Source of the DNA: a virus
IMG/VR virus record: IMGVR_UViG_3300020421_002402
Location: 46,194 to 110,193 of that record
Length of the DNA: 64,000 nucleotides
Direction: 5' to 3' (one strand)
A program made the position numbers and the translations under genes. Positions 46,313 to 56,641 of the stretch are shown piece by piece (positions within the stretch are counted from its first letter, which is position 1; the number at the start of each line of letters is the position of its first letter). The notes below the pieces were generated by a model. It was not told where the DNA came from. It worked only from the letters and a program-made list of their open reading frames with translations, and ran no database searches.

Positions 46313-48939
46313 TATTCAATACTCAATGCTGTTAAGGAGTCACCGTCCTCTAGTTTTATTCTTACAAGTATATTATTACCTGTACTGTTTGATGCATTCT
46401 GGTCACCTAATGTAAGTGTAAATGTATCATTACTATAACTTGTTCCGTCAATAATTCTATCACCTGAAGTAAATGCAACACCATTTGAACCATTACCACC
46501 GTTGCCTGTGTCAGCACCTGGAGTACCTGATCCACCATATGTTATTCCTGCATCTACCCAACCATTTAGTGTACTTGCACTATCTATGCTTGTGCCTGGA
46601 GCGGCTATAAAGAAGCCACTTACTGTACCTGAAAGTCTTATAGTAAAGTTACTCATTGTACTTCTTCTAAATGCAAAAGTAAAATATTGTGCTCCACTTC
46701 TACCTGTATTCAAATCTGGTCCTGCTGGCAAGTATGCACTACTGCTTAAATCTGTATCAAAATGTTTAATACTACCCCAACGTGTAATTGCTTCTGGAGT
46801 ACCTGCTACTGTTTGTGAACCTGTCCATACATTTGCTGTATAGTTGTTCACACTACTATCAAATGCTGGAGTATCTGCAACTCCACTAAATCCTGTAATT
46901 CTTTTACCATCGTCATCATGTGTAGCACCTAAACTATCACTTACTGCTATTGCTTCTTCGTCAATGCCTGTGCTACCATTAAATGCTTGTATATATTTGC
47001 CTGTAAGTTCTGCATAAGATCCATTGCCATTTACACTAAACGTTCTTGCTTTTAATTGTTCTATACCTATACCGCCACCATTTACATTTACTGTTAAGTC
47101 ACCTAATGTATATGCGGCTCCACTGTTTGGACCTGTATTTGCTTTAGGTGTACTACCACTTAAAAATGTAGTAGTGCCATCTATGTTTGCGTAAGTATAA
47201 GTTTGTGTGCCAATTGCACTACCACTTGTACTTTCTTGATTTGTTCCATTTGTTACAGTGAATGGTGAACTAGTATCTGCATAACATTGTCCAATCCAAT
47301 CATGTACTGTAACACCACCTAATGTAAGTGTTGCATCATTTGTGTAATAAGGAACACCTGAAATGTATTTTAATGTACCAGCACTTGCTTGAACTAATGT
47401 TGCACCTGTCATACTAGTTGTTGGACTTGATGTAACATCATCTTTAGTAAAACTTAAAATATTTGTATTACCACTTGTACTATGAGACAGTTTATAACTG
47501 TGAGTACCAACACCTAAACTTGTAGTTGTTGAACTTATTCTTGCTTTGAAACCTTGATGTAATCCTGGAGAATAAATTGAACTACTAAATGATGTACTAC
47601 TACCTGCAGTACTTAAAAATTGATAATCACTTTCGTCTGTTACTACTAAGTTGCCTGATGTACCACTGTCATCAGCATTACTGAATGTTATTGAGCCTGC
47701 ATCTGCTCCATCTACTATTGCTTTTAATGTTCCAGCATCACCATTAAAAGCAAATGATGTTAAAGTATTTGTTTGCGTATCTGCACCTGCACTACTATTT
47801 GTTATCCTTGTAACACTTGAGCCTGCAGTCTGTGAATCTTCTGCACTATTGTCTGTAAAACCATGTGCAAGTTTTGGACTACTGCCTGAACTACTTTCAC
47901 CAAACGTAATTGTTTTACTGCTTAATCCACTTGGTGCGGCAATACTTGGATCATAAACTTTTAACGAATCTGTTGTTGTACTGCCAACCTCTGCCGGATC
48001 TGCTGTACTGTGAGCAGTCTGTTGTAATGTAATTGTTCTTACTGAACTACCACTGTCTGCGGTATATGTATGACTTGCTCTTGCTTGTCCAACGTCACCT
48101 GTACCACCGGAACTTACTGAAGTATTAGCACTACCATCGCCCCAATTAATTTCATATGTACAAGTTGCTGAACCTGAATTTGTTGTTGTATTTTTTAAAT
48201 AAATTGTTTCACCAGCATCTATTTCTCTACTGTTACCTGTTAATGCACTACCGCCTGAACTTGCTGTATATAGTTCAAAGTCTGCTACAGGAGTTGCTGT
48301 ATATAAAGTAATAAAGTTTGTTTTTGTAATACTTGCAGTTGAACCTTCTCCAGAACCACTGTTATTAAATGCTGTAATTACTACATCATATGGTGAATTT
48401 GTATTATCAGTATATGTATGACTTGGGGTACTATCAGTTGTTGCTGTATCAGTATCTCCATCTCCCCAATCAATAGTGTATCTATCTGCATTACCAACTA
48501 CTGTTGTTGTTAATGTAACACTTAATGGGTTACCACCTGAACTTGCACTAGTTGAAGCATCAACACTTTTAACGTAAGTATTGTTTCTAATATTCTCTGT
48601 GACTTCATTTAATCTATCTATTGCTTCTGAAACAGTTGTTGAACTTGTTAAACTTGTTACACTACCTGGACTACTAAAACTGCCATCACCACCAGAACCT
48701 AGTGTTATATTATAAGCATTTGTGGAAACATTGGCTACACTGGCGTCTAATTGTGCTTTATTAACAGCATCTGAATCTATAATAGCATTAGCAACTCTTA
48801 AGTTACTTAAAGTTGTACCATCAGCCGCAGTCACCTGTAATGCTGATGTTGTTGCGTTTGCTACTACTCTTGGTCCACGTTTACCAAATTGAATGTCGGT
48901 TGATACACCCTTTTGACCATATCTATATTCGTTTGCCAC
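46312..48939 (-). CDS. Large PKD-domain virion/adhesin-like protein
   Basis: Two PKD motifs (YTIDWGDG, YEINWGDG...HTY). GTG start with AGGAG, and minus-strand TAAATA at 48973-48968. Confidence 0.75.
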   Translation of the reverse strand: MANEYRYGQKGVSTDIQFGKRGPRVVANATTSALQVTAADGTTLSNLRVANAIIDSDAVNKAQLDASVANVSTNAYNITLGSGGDGSFSSPGSVTSLTSSTTVSEAIDRLNEVTENIRNNTYVKSVDASTSASSGGNPLSVTLTTTVVGNADRYTIDWGDGDTDTATTDSTPSHTYTDNTNSPYDVVITAFNNSGSGEGSTASITKTNFITLYTATPVADFELYTASSGGSALTGNSREIDAGETIYLKNTTTNSGSATCTYEINWGDGSANTSVSSGGTGDVGQARASHTYTADSGSSVRTITLQQTAHSTADPAEVGSTTTDSLKVYDPSIAAPSGLSSKTITFGESSSGSSPKLAHGFTDNSAEDSQTAGSSVTRITNSSAGADTQTNTLTSFAFNGDAGTLKAIVDGADAGSITFSNADDSGTSGNLVVTDESDYQFLSTAGSSTSFSSSIYSPGLHQGFKARISSTTTSLGVGTHSYKLSHSTSGNTNILSFTKDDVTSSPTTSMTGATLVQASAGTLKYISGVPYYTNDATLTLGGVTVHDWIGQCYADTSSPFTVTNGTNQESTSGSAIGTQTYTYANIDGTTTFLSGSTPKANTGPNSGAAYTLGDLTVNVNGGGIGIEQLKARTFSVNGNGSYAELTGKYIQAFNGSTGIDEEAIAVSDSLGATHDDDGKRITGFSGVADTPAFDSSVNNYTANVWTGSQTVAGTPEAITRWGSIKHFDTDLSSSAYLPAGPDLNTGRSGAQYFTFAFRRSTMSNFTIRLSGTVSGFFIAAPGTSIDSASTLNGWVDAGITYGGSGTPGADTGNGGNGSNGVAFTSGDRIIDGTSYSNDTFTLTLGDQNASNSTGNNILVRIKLEDGDSLTALSIE

Positions 48940-48985
48940 TAAATGCTCCTACGGATCTTATACAAACTATTTATCAAAATACCAC

Positions 48986-49014
48986 TTGACATTGGTTCTA
49001 TGATGTACTATAAT
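48986..49014 (+). promoter_or_regulatory. sigma70-type promoter
   Basis: TTGACA-17-TATAAT. Confidence 0.78.
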
Positions 49015-49041
49015 AAAAGCAGTTATAGATGGAGATAATAA

Positions 49042-49272
49042 ATGAGCAAAGAATTTACAACACAGGCAACATTTTCAAAGGGTGCAAGGGTCGTATCAGA
49101 CTATAAACATGATATGATTTTTGAACAACCAAGGGAAGGTTTAGTTCAACAAGAGTTTGTATCATACGAACATTGTGAAGCAGGTATGAAACGTACTACT
49201 GTCACAAGGAAGTTTACCAGTAATGGTGGATATGACGATGTTGAAGCGATAACTATTTTGCCTAAAGGATAA
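49042..49272 (+). CDS. Hypothetical protein
   Basis: GGAG SD, 76 aa. Confidence 0.65.
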   Translation: MSKEFTTQATFSKGARVVSDYKHDMIFEQPREGLVQQEFVSYEHCEAGMKRTTVTRKFTSNGGYDDVEAITILPKG

Positions 49273-49276
49273 TAAT

Positions 49277-50200
49277 ATGAAAGATTTGTGGGTAGAAAAA
49301 TATCGTCCTAGTAGCATAGACACTTATGTTTTTAGAGATGATAATCAGCACAGGCAAGTTGCAGGTTGGTTAGGAGACGGAGCACTACCACATTTGCTGT
49401 TTAGCGGAGCACCAGGTACTGGTAAAACAACACTTGCAAAAGTGTTATTGAAAGAACTTGATGTAGACAGCATGGATATACTAGAAATAAACGCAAGTAA
49501 TGAAAATAGTGTCGAAACGATTCGAAGTAAAATTACTAACTTCAGTGGCACTATGCCGTTTGGTGACATGAAGTATGTGTTACTCGATGAGGCTGATTAT
49601 ATTACCCCTAATGGGCAGGCGGCTCTACGTGGTGTTATGGAAATGTATCACACGTCCTGTCGCTTCATACTAACTTGCAACTACCCACAAAGAATTATTC
49701 CTGCATTACATAGTAGGTGCCAAGGATTTCATATTGAAAAACTAGACATAAATGAGTTTACGGCTCGTATTGCAACAATTTGTATTGAAGAAGGTGTTGA
49801 AGTAGATTTAGAAACACTAGACACTTATGTACAAGCAACATATCCTGACTTGCGTAAAGCAATTAATCTTACACAACAGAACGTAGTAGATAATGTATTG
49901 CAAAAGCCACAAGATGGCGATAGCAATACAAGTGATTGGATGTTAAATGCAATAGAGTTGTTCAAAGCAGGTAAGTATAAAGAAGCAAGAACAATGATTG
50001 TCAGTCAAGCAAGACCTGAAGAGTATGAAGAAGTTTACAAGTTTATGTATCGTAACTTAGAACTATGGGGCGACACAGAACTAAAACAGGATCAAGCAAT
50101 CGTTATAATCAGAAATGGTATTGCAAAAAGTATTGCAGTAGCAGATCCTGAGATTAACTTGGCGGCAACTTTAGTAGAACTAGAGATGAACTCTGTATAA
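49277..50200 (+). CDS. Clamp loader subunit (RFC-small/gp44-like)
   Basis: LWVEKYRP, GAPGTGKTT, EINAS, LDEAD, SRC. Confidence 0.93.
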   Translation: MKDLWVEKYRPSSIDTYVFRDDNQHRQVAGWLGDGALPHLLFSGAPGTGKTTLAKVLLKELDVDSMDILEINASNENSVETIRSKITNFSGTMPFGDMKYVLLDEADYITPNGQAALRGVMEMYHTSCRFILTCNYPQRIIPALHSRCQGFHIEKLDINEFTARIATICIEEGVEVDLETLDTYVQATYPDLRKAINLTQQNVVDNVLQKPQDGDSNTSDWMLNAIELFKAGKYKEARTMIVSQARPEEYEEVYKFMYRNLELWGDTELKQDQAIVIIRNGIAKSIAVADPEINLAATLVELEMNSV

Positions 50201-50823
50201 TGGACTTAATACCAGAACACCAATTAGATAACAGTCTAGCATTAGACAACAATATTAAAGGACATTGTAATCCTGACATAGCAAAAGTCTTACTAAATCA
50301 TGCTAGACAATCTAAAACACAAATAGTTCTAAACGAGTTTACAAAAACTACTGGTAAAACTCCTACACTAATTAGAGAAGTATCTGAGAATCCAATACAC
50401 ATGCATGATTTGTTTGACCAACATCCAAGAGCGGCAAAAATGTTTGAACAAACACAGAAAGAGTTATCAGGTGTAAAGGACATTACATATAATAGAACAA
50501 GTCCATTAGATGTAGACTTAGAAGCAATAAAAGAAAATAAACCTTACGATTTAATTTATGTTTGCTTGCCTTACATTATGGAACAAGCACCAAACACAAT
50601 AGAAACAATTATATCTAAAACATTAGAACTTTGGGAAATGGCGGCTAGTGATGGCACAATTATTATGGGACCAGACTATGATAAGGATAACATCAAGCGA
50701 CAAGTTGATATGTTTTGTAGGCAACGTGGATATAAGTTAGAAAAATATTTAGATACTAATTACGATAACGACTTAGAGCCTGACCATTATATGTTTGCTT
50801 TTCAAGTTAAGAAGAATTCTTAG
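50200..50823 (+). CDS. Degenerate methyltransferase-like protein, paralog C
   Basis: GHCNPD.AKVL...TTGKT, PYDLIYV, GTIIMGPDY. Confidence 0.45.
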   Translation: MDLIPEHQLDNSLALDNNIKGHCNPDIAKVLLNHARQSKTQIVLNEFTKTTGKTPTLIREVSENPIHMHDLFDQHPRAAKMFEQTQKELSGVKDITYNRTSPLDVDLEAIKENKPYDLIYVCLPYIMEQAPNTIETIISKTLELWEMAASDGTIIMGPDYDKDNIKRQVDMFCRQRGYKLEKYLDTNYDNDLEPDHYMFAFQVKKNS

Positions 50824-52147
50824 CATTCTTAACTTCTTGGTCTCCAGTAGGCATACCTAGTATTTTTAATTCTTGAAATAATACATCATCAACACTAATA
50901 TTCTTTTCAATATGTTCTGCTAAATCAGGATATATACTTTTCCAATCTAAGTTTCTTCTCACATCTAATTCATCTAAATGTGTTTTAAGTCTAATCATTT
51001 CATATGAATCACATGTAGCCTTGCTGATTTGATTTCTTATTCCTTCTAAGTAAGGTATGTTGTGATGTTGTGTAAAAGGAGATTGCTTTAATCTGCCTAT
51101 AAGTTTATCTATGCCATCTAAACAATATGTTCCATATCTACTTGGATTAAACCATTTAGGATCTTGTATAGTATTCCAACTTAAATTTATTCTAGGGTCG
51201 TTAAAACTTAATATAAAGTCATACAGTTGCCACATGCTTTGTACTGTTATAGGACATATTGTACTTTGTACCTGCATACCAATCCATTTTTGACTTGCTA
51301 AGAATGTAAAGTTATCAACAAACTGTTCCCATATAATTCCATGTCTGGCATACTCGGCTTCTTTTCCATAGTTGTCTATACTTACATTAACTTGGAATGC
51401 TTTTAGTTTGCCATCGTCAATGAGTTTTTGTATGCGTTCTACTTGACTTACAAGTCTTATTGTATTGTGTTTAAGATTACTGAATATTACCCATTCTAAG
51501 TTAGGACAAGGATTTTTATCAAACCAATCTAAAAACATTTCAAACTCTGGTTGGAATAAAGGTTCACCACCTAACACATGTAAAGTGTATAGTTCTTGTC
51601 CATGTAAGTCCATCCAATCCCAAAACATGTCTCTCATCTTTTCGTATTCAGGATTGTCGGGCCACTCATATATTTCTAATCCATTTTTAGTAAACTCACC
51701 ATACTTTTGATTTTCATGTTGAATTACACTACTAAATTTTGCACTACAATATGTACAACTCATATTACATAAGTTACTAAAGTACACTTCAAGCAGTCTT
51801 GGAGTTACATGTGTTTCTTCTGGATTGGTTTCATTCTCTGGTGGAACCATTTCTAAGTCATTGATATAACCTATACGTTCACTTACACCACCTGCTTCTT
51901 CAACAACCTTACAATATTCACAACCATTACCGGGCCATTGTCCTTGCAACATCTTTTCTCTATCACTTACTTTGCCAGGCAAGTTGTGAAAGTCCATAAA
52001 GTTTTCCACTGTAACTTCCCAATGCTTACATCTATGACAACTTGATGTTGTACCAAAGTTTAAGAACAAAGTACTCCATGTCCATTTGAATTGACATGCA
52101 GGATCTGTTTTGAGTTGCCATTTAGGTCTGTGAATGCTTGTGGTCAT
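50807..52147 (-). CDS. Radical SAM protein with N-terminal twitch/SPASM-like Cys domain
   Basis: CNMSCTYC and GGEP, N-terminal C..KW/SSCHRC/CEYC. Start set after TATAAATA. Confidence 0.88.
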   Translation of the reverse strand: MTTSIHRPKWQLKTDPACQFKWTWSTLFLNFGTTSSCHRCKHWEVTVENFMDFHNLPGKVSDREKMLQGQWPGNGCEYCKVVEEAGGVSERIGYINDLEMVPPENETNPEETHVTPRLLEVYFSNLCNMSCTYCSAKFSSVIQHENQKYGEFTKNGLEIYEWPDNPEYEKMRDMFWDWMDLHGQELYTLHVLGGEPLFQPEFEMFLDWFDKNPCPNLEWVIFSNLKHNTIRLVSQVERIQKLIDDGKLKAFQVNVSIDNYGKEAEYARHGIIWEQFVDNFTFLASQKWIGMQVQSTICPITVQSMWQLYDFILSFNDPRINLSWNTIQDPKWFNPSRYGTYCLDGIDKLIGRLKQSPFTQHHNIPYLEGIRNQISKATCDSYEMIRLKTHLDELDVRRNLDWKSIYPDLAEHIEKNISVDDVLFQELKILGMPTGDQEVKNAKNSS

Positions 52148-52175
52148 TAGAATAGTATTTATAGACTTTGCAGTC

Positions 52176-52204
52176 AAAAAAGAAGCCGGACTGAGCCGGC
52201 TTCT
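52176..52204 (-). terminator. Intrinsic terminator
   Basis: AGAAGCCGG/CCGGCTTCT with a U tract on the minus strand. Confidence 0.85.
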
Positions 52205-52223
52205 CCACTTTAAGAATAAAAAT

Positions 52224-52469
52224 TTACTTCTTAGGTAAAGGTCTATTAAAAATGTGATATAGCACAAAAGCACCTACCAGACCAAGCAATCCTTCTGCTG
52301 ACAGTCCTTTTAAGATACCCATAACATTGTCTACAACACTTATATCGGGCCAGAAAGGTATTCCCACGCCGTTAAATAAGACTTCTAGTACAATGCCTAG
52401 TGCTAATATAGATATTCCTGTTTGTGTTAAACTATAGGCCCAATCACCTATCTTTTTAATTATATCCAT
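52224..52469 (-). CDS. Small membrane protein
   Basis: GGGAG SD. ALGIVLEVLF.G..IPFWP and EGLLGLV. Confidence 0.75.
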   Translation of the reverse strand: MDIIKKIGDWAYSLTQTGISILALGIVLEVLFNGVGIPFWPDISVVDNVMGILKGLSAEGLLGLVGAFVLYHIFNRPLPKK

Positions 52470-52584
52470 ATAATATTCTCCCTTGCGATTCATTCCTGAA
52501 TCAATAATATTTAACCAGTTTTAGCAAAGGTAAAACACTATTAGAAGTTAAATACTAGCATAACCTCCGACTGGAAATAGATAA

Positions 52585-53640
52585 ATGTCAAGATTTTATG
52601 AACAAAACATAGAAGTAATACTAGAGCCTGACGGTTTATCTAAACACATCAAAGACATTAGACATCAATATGGAATACATAGTGCATTTGTGGTAAGCAC
52701 ACCTGCGGCAAGGGAACGTGGCATAGAAGACATGTTAAAGAAAGCAGGCTATGATCCAGTTATCATGTGGGGTGAAGAATACGGTGACTTAATGGAACCA
52801 ACACAAGAACAAATATTAGAAGCATACAAAGAGTTTGCTCACAGTGATTGTGATATGATATTTGCTATTGGTGGAGGAAGTATTGTTGATTTAGGTAAGG
52901 GTGTTGTATTTCAATCTCTTGCTGACACCAGACCATTTTTTATTGCAGTACCTACAACATACAGTGGTGCAGAAATTACTAAAGGTTTAATGATAGTAAA
53001 AGGACCAGGCGACAAAAAGCCTGTGTATGATGAAGCATGTAGACCTAATGTACTTATATTAGACAGCACACTTACAGATACATTGGATCCTAGAACAGGA
53101 ATGATTATAGCCATTGATGCATTAACACATTGTTTAGAAGGAGCGGCTAGTACAATAGACCATCCTATTGCCGAGGGTGCAGGCATTCTAGGAATAAACA
53201 TGGCATTAAAACATTTACCCACAACAGAACTTACACCTCAGTTTAGAGAGGACTTTGCTAAGATTGGATTCTTAGGAAGTAAGGCAATGGATTGTGCATT
53301 AGGACATTTACACAATATAAGTTTTAGCATTGGGAAACAAACAGGATTAAAGCATGGAGAGATTAATACATTATTTGCTCCAGCAGTAATACAAGCAAGT
53401 GTTAGGAAAAGTAACGAAGCATATAATTTTGTAGACAGAGATAAACTAATTGAAGTATTTAATTTTTATATAAACGAATGGGATTTATATAATAGATACT
53501 TGCCTAAACACCAAGACAAGTTTATGGAAACAGCAATTAGTAATGCATCTTATAACAGTCATCCTGTGGAGTTAGATGCTGATGATTTCAAATGGATATT
53601 TGAAGTTACATTGGAAAGGGGAAGGAATGCAATTGGCTGA
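52585..53640 (+). CDS. Iron-containing alcohol dehydrogenase family protein
   Basis: AIGGGSIVDLGK, VPTT.SGAE, DALTH..E, H..H, HG. Confidence 0.88.
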   Translation: MSRFYEQNIEVILEPDGLSKHIKDIRHQYGIHSAFVVSTPAARERGIEDMLKKAGYDPVIMWGEEYGDLMEPTQEQILEAYKEFAHSDCDMIFAIGGGSIVDLGKGVVFQSLADTRPFFIAVPTTYSGAEITKGLMIVKGPGDKKPVYDEACRPNVLILDSTLTDTLDPRTGMIIAIDALTHCLEGAASTIDHPIAEGAGILGINMALKHLPTTELTPQFREDFAKIGFLGSKAMDCALGHLHNISFSIGKQTGLKHGEINTLFAPAVIQASVRKSNEAYNFVDRDKLIEVFNFYINEWDLYNRYLPKHQDKFMETAISNASYNSHPVELDADDFKWIFEVTLERGRNAIG

Positions 53641-53848
53641 ATTAGTAGATGACATATTAAATGAGCCAGAGTTTAAAGAAAATGGTTTTGTTTTTAAACA
53701 TCTAGAACAAGGCAGACCTGATCCTTTAAGAGCAGTTCAAAGTGCTGTGGACCGAATGAGGGAACTTCACGACATAGAAGACTATCAATTCGGCCCATTA
53801 TGTGAAGAAGTGTTAAGACAATTATCTATTATGATTGATAAATCTTAA
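53627..53848 (+). CDS. Hypothetical protein
   Basis: ORF starting MQLAELVDD. Confidence 0.55.
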   Translation: MQLAELVDDILNEPEFKENGFVFKHLEQGRPDPLRAVQSAVDRMRELHDIEDYQFGPLCEEVLRQLSIMIDKS

Positions 53849-54572
53849 GTACTTCACTAACAGCCGGATGTCTTTCAACATGACTTTTATCAAATTCTAC
53901 ATGTCCAATCATACTTGATTGTGTAGTATTCAATTTATCTAAAAAGTTTTTAAGTCCGTTTGCTTCAAACCCTCTATCATGTTGAGCAAGGTCACCATTA
54001 ACTATAAGTTGACTATGGTCTCCTATTCTAGTTAGTAACATTTTCATTTGCTCTGGTGTAGCATTCTGCATTTCATCTGCTAACACAACAGCATTTTTAA
54101 ATGTTCTACCTCTCATATAAGCCAAAGGTGCTATTTCGAACTTGTTGTTCTCTATTAGATATTCAATTTCTTTAGGGTGATAAAACTCTTCCATAATATC
54201 AAATATGGGTCTAGTCCATGGTGCCATCTTTTCTTGTAATGTACCTGGTAAGAAACCATGTTGCTCGTCAACACTGACTGCTGGTCTCGTTATTACAATT
54301 TTATCTACTTGTTTTTCTTTGAATTGTTTTAGTGCATGAAGTGTACTAATCATTGTTTTACCTGTGCCTGCTGGCCCTGTTGTAAAAACAATATGTTTTG
54401 ATTGGTCTGTCAATAGACCTAGAAGTTCGTCCTGTTTAAAGTTCCTAGGGACGATTTGAACTTTCTTTTCACGTGTTATAGTTTCAACGTGACCACCTTG
54501 TAATATCTTCAAATAGTTATTCTCCTTAAATCTTGTTTTGAATTCTCGTTCTTTACGTTTCTTTCTAGACAT
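53829..54572 (-). CDS. phoH: PhoH-family ATPase
   Basis: GPAGTGKT, TRPAV, GFLPG, YMRGRTF, DEMQN, LTRIG, GD..Q. Confidence 0.95.
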   Translation of the reverse strand: MSRKKRKEREFKTRFKENNYLKILQGGHVETITREKKVQIVPRNFKQDELLGLLTDQSKHIVFTTGPAGTGKTMISTLHALKQFKEKQVDKIVITRPAVSVDEQHGFLPGTLQEKMAPWTRPIFDIMEEFYHPKEIEYLIENNKFEIAPLAYMRGRTFKNAVVLADEMQNATPEQMKMLLTRIGDHSQLIVNGDLAQHDRGFEANGLKNFLDKLNTTQSSMIGHVEFDKSHVERHPAVSEVLKIYQS

Positions 54573-54764
54573 GTTATGCTCCTGTCTTTTCCATAATGAA
54601 TCCCTGAGCAGTATTGCTCACCTAAAATAGTATTATAGGGGGGAAGGATTGATAAGTTTTGTATGTGTGATATTTTCATATTACAAATATTATTTAGTTT
54701 TGGTTTTTAATTATTAACACATCTTATTTAAAAGTGATAAATAACAATAACGAAGGATATTAAT

Positions 54765-55322
54765 ATGCAAACATTAAAGATAATAAACGACAACGTAAAG
54801 AAGATATCAGGGACTAATACACTTCTAGACATGTTGTTAGAGTTCGAAGGAGTCATAGACAGTTTTGATACCTATGCTTATAAGAACTGGAACAAAGGAG
54901 AAGTTGTTGGTGGACCTAAATTAGGTAGATATTTTATCGAAGTTGCTCTAATGTATGACTATGAAGATATGCCTGATCCTTATGCAATTAGACGTCTTAG
55001 AGAAAATGACTGTAAAGTTAAAATGTATAAAGATGATTTAGTTAAATCAAAAAGGATTGAAGGCTTAGAAGATACAGAAATCAAAGTAAGAGGAACACTT
55101 CCAAGACGTGTTGCTAAAACAGAAAGATTACCTGTATGGATAGTAGAAATCAAAATGCCAAGAAGATTTGTAGATGAGTTTAGCACAGAGCAAGTTGAAG
55201 CGGCAGAAGATGCCTATGTTGACATGGAAGATATCCAAAGTGCTAAAGACCAATCATTGGATCAAGCACCTATGTCTGATCCATTAGCACCACCAGTAGA
55301 TCCAGGAGCACCTATAGTATGA
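54765..55322 (+). CDS. Conserved jumbo-phage hypothetical protein
   Basis: LLEFE..ID....YAYKNW..GE..GP...RY, MPDP. Confidence 0.7.
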   Translation: MQTLKIINDNVKKISGTNTLLDMLLEFEGVIDSFDTYAYKNWNKGEVVGGPKLGRYFIEVALMYDYEDMPDPYAIRRLRENDCKVKMYKDDLVKSKRIEGLEDTEIKVRGTLPRRVAKTERLPVWIVEIKMPRRFVDEFSTEQVEAAEDAYVDMEDIQSAKDQSLDQAPMSDPLAPPVDPGAPIV

Positions 55323-56077
55323 TAAATGAAAATATAAAACATGGTGACTTAGACGAGGTAGTGCATTCACTAGTAAGCATTGATGAGTTTGAACCAAAGA
55401 CAGGTAAGAAAGAAAATATATCTGTTATAGGTTTTTATGTTACAGAAGAAAAAGTAGGCAAAGACCTAGAAAACTTCTTACAAAAAAGCCACTTTGAATT
55501 TAGAGATGTTGAGGTAACACCTAACCCTAATGAAGATAATATGTATATGGTGTTTGTTGAAGTTGATAGAAAAGAAGGTATGCTTGATGAACTTAAAGAA
55601 TACATCTTAGATGTAGAGAATGTATCAGGTAGAATGAAATGGAAAGTAAAACCTCTTTTGTCAGACGACACATATGATATTACAGATCCACAATTAAAAG
55701 AATTTGTTATAACAGATCCTGACAAGTACCAAACTAAAGAAGAATTTGAGAACAGCAAGAAGAAGAAAAAAGAAGAAAGCATTGTAAACTTCTTAAAAGA
55801 TAGTGCAACAATTCAAGATGCAGTTCTAGAAAATAACATTCTGTCCTTAAAAGACTATAAGTATAACGTACAATTAGAATTTGTACAATTTGGAGAAGGA
55901 AAGGTAACACTAGAAGAAGCAGGCATATCTGAAGCGGCAATAGATTACGATTGGGATAAGTCATTAGTGAAAACTTTAGAGAGCATGAGAGGTAGTTTAA
56001 ACGTAATACCAATCAACAAACATATAGTATTTCACAACCCTGCTACTGACCAAGTGTTAATAGCAAAACCATGTTAA
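55319..56077 (+). CDS. Hypothetical protein
   Basis: SIDEFEPK.G, Y.VFVE.DR. Confidence 0.7.
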   Translation: MINENIKHGDLDEVVHSLVSIDEFEPKTGKKENISVIGFYVTEEKVGKDLENFLQKSHFEFRDVEVTPNPNEDNMYMVFVEVDRKEGMLDELKEYILDVENVSGRMKWKVKPLLSDDTYDITDPQLKEFVITDPDKYQTKEEFENSKKKKKEESIVNFLKDSATIQDAVLENNILSLKDYKYNVQLEFVQFGEGKVTLEEAGISEAAIDYDWDKSLVKTLESMRGSLNVIPINKHIVFHNPATDQVLIAKPC

Positions 56078-56508
56078 GTTTTATTCGTTCATTACCATTT
56101 GTTGGAATAGCATTACTTTTTGCCTACGGTGCTCATAGTTTTATTGTAGGTGGTTTAACAAAACAAGTTGAAGAACAACAAATACAAATTAATTTATTGA
56201 ATACACATAATGTTGCATTACAAGGTGCGGCAGAGATTAATGAGAAAACTATTGCAAGTCTAGAAGAAAGTAACAGTAGACAGATAGCACAAATAGGTGA
56301 CCTTACTGTTAAGGCTAATGAATGGGAAAGACAAGCCAAAGAAGCACAACAAATTTTTAAAGACCATAACTTCACAAAACTATCCAGATTAAGACCTGGT
56401 ATGATTGAAGATAGGGCAAACAATAAAACTGCAGAAGTATTTAGAGCAGTAGAACAAGATAGCAAGGAAGTTGCTAATTTAGATGAAGTAGAGAGAAAAG
56501 ATGATTAA
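56071..56508 (+). CDS. Inner-membrane spanin (Rz-like)
   Basis: N-terminal TM, coiled coil, RPGMIE.R.N motif. Confidence 0.7.
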   Translation: MLSFIRSLPFVGIALLFAYGAHSFIVGGLTKQVEEQQIQINLLNTHNVALQGAAEINEKTIASLEESNSRQIAQIGDLTVKANEWERQAKEAQQIFKDHNFTKLSRLRPGMIEDRANNKTAEVFRAVEQDSKEVANLDEVERKDD

Positions 56509-56641
56509 AGATTTTTTAAACTGGCACAGAGATTATGTTGAAGACTTCCAAGACAAATACAACATATCTGATTACACATACTTATGGATTGCGTTCACAA
56601 AAGGAGTGGTCCTGACACTATTATTGACATGGATATTTTAA
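56501..56641 (+). CDS. 46-aa protein with C-terminal TM (not in ORF track)
   Basis: MIKDFLNWHRDY...YLWIAFTKGVVLTLLLTWIF. Confidence 0.55.
   Translation: MIKDFLNWHRDYVEDFQDKYNISDYTYLWIAFTKGVVLTLLLTWIF

Noticed and set aside
52148-52273. N-terminal 42 aa of the radical SAM ORF as given in the track
   Set aside because: This stretch spans a terminator and a TATAAATA box, so the real start is more likely the ATG at 52147.
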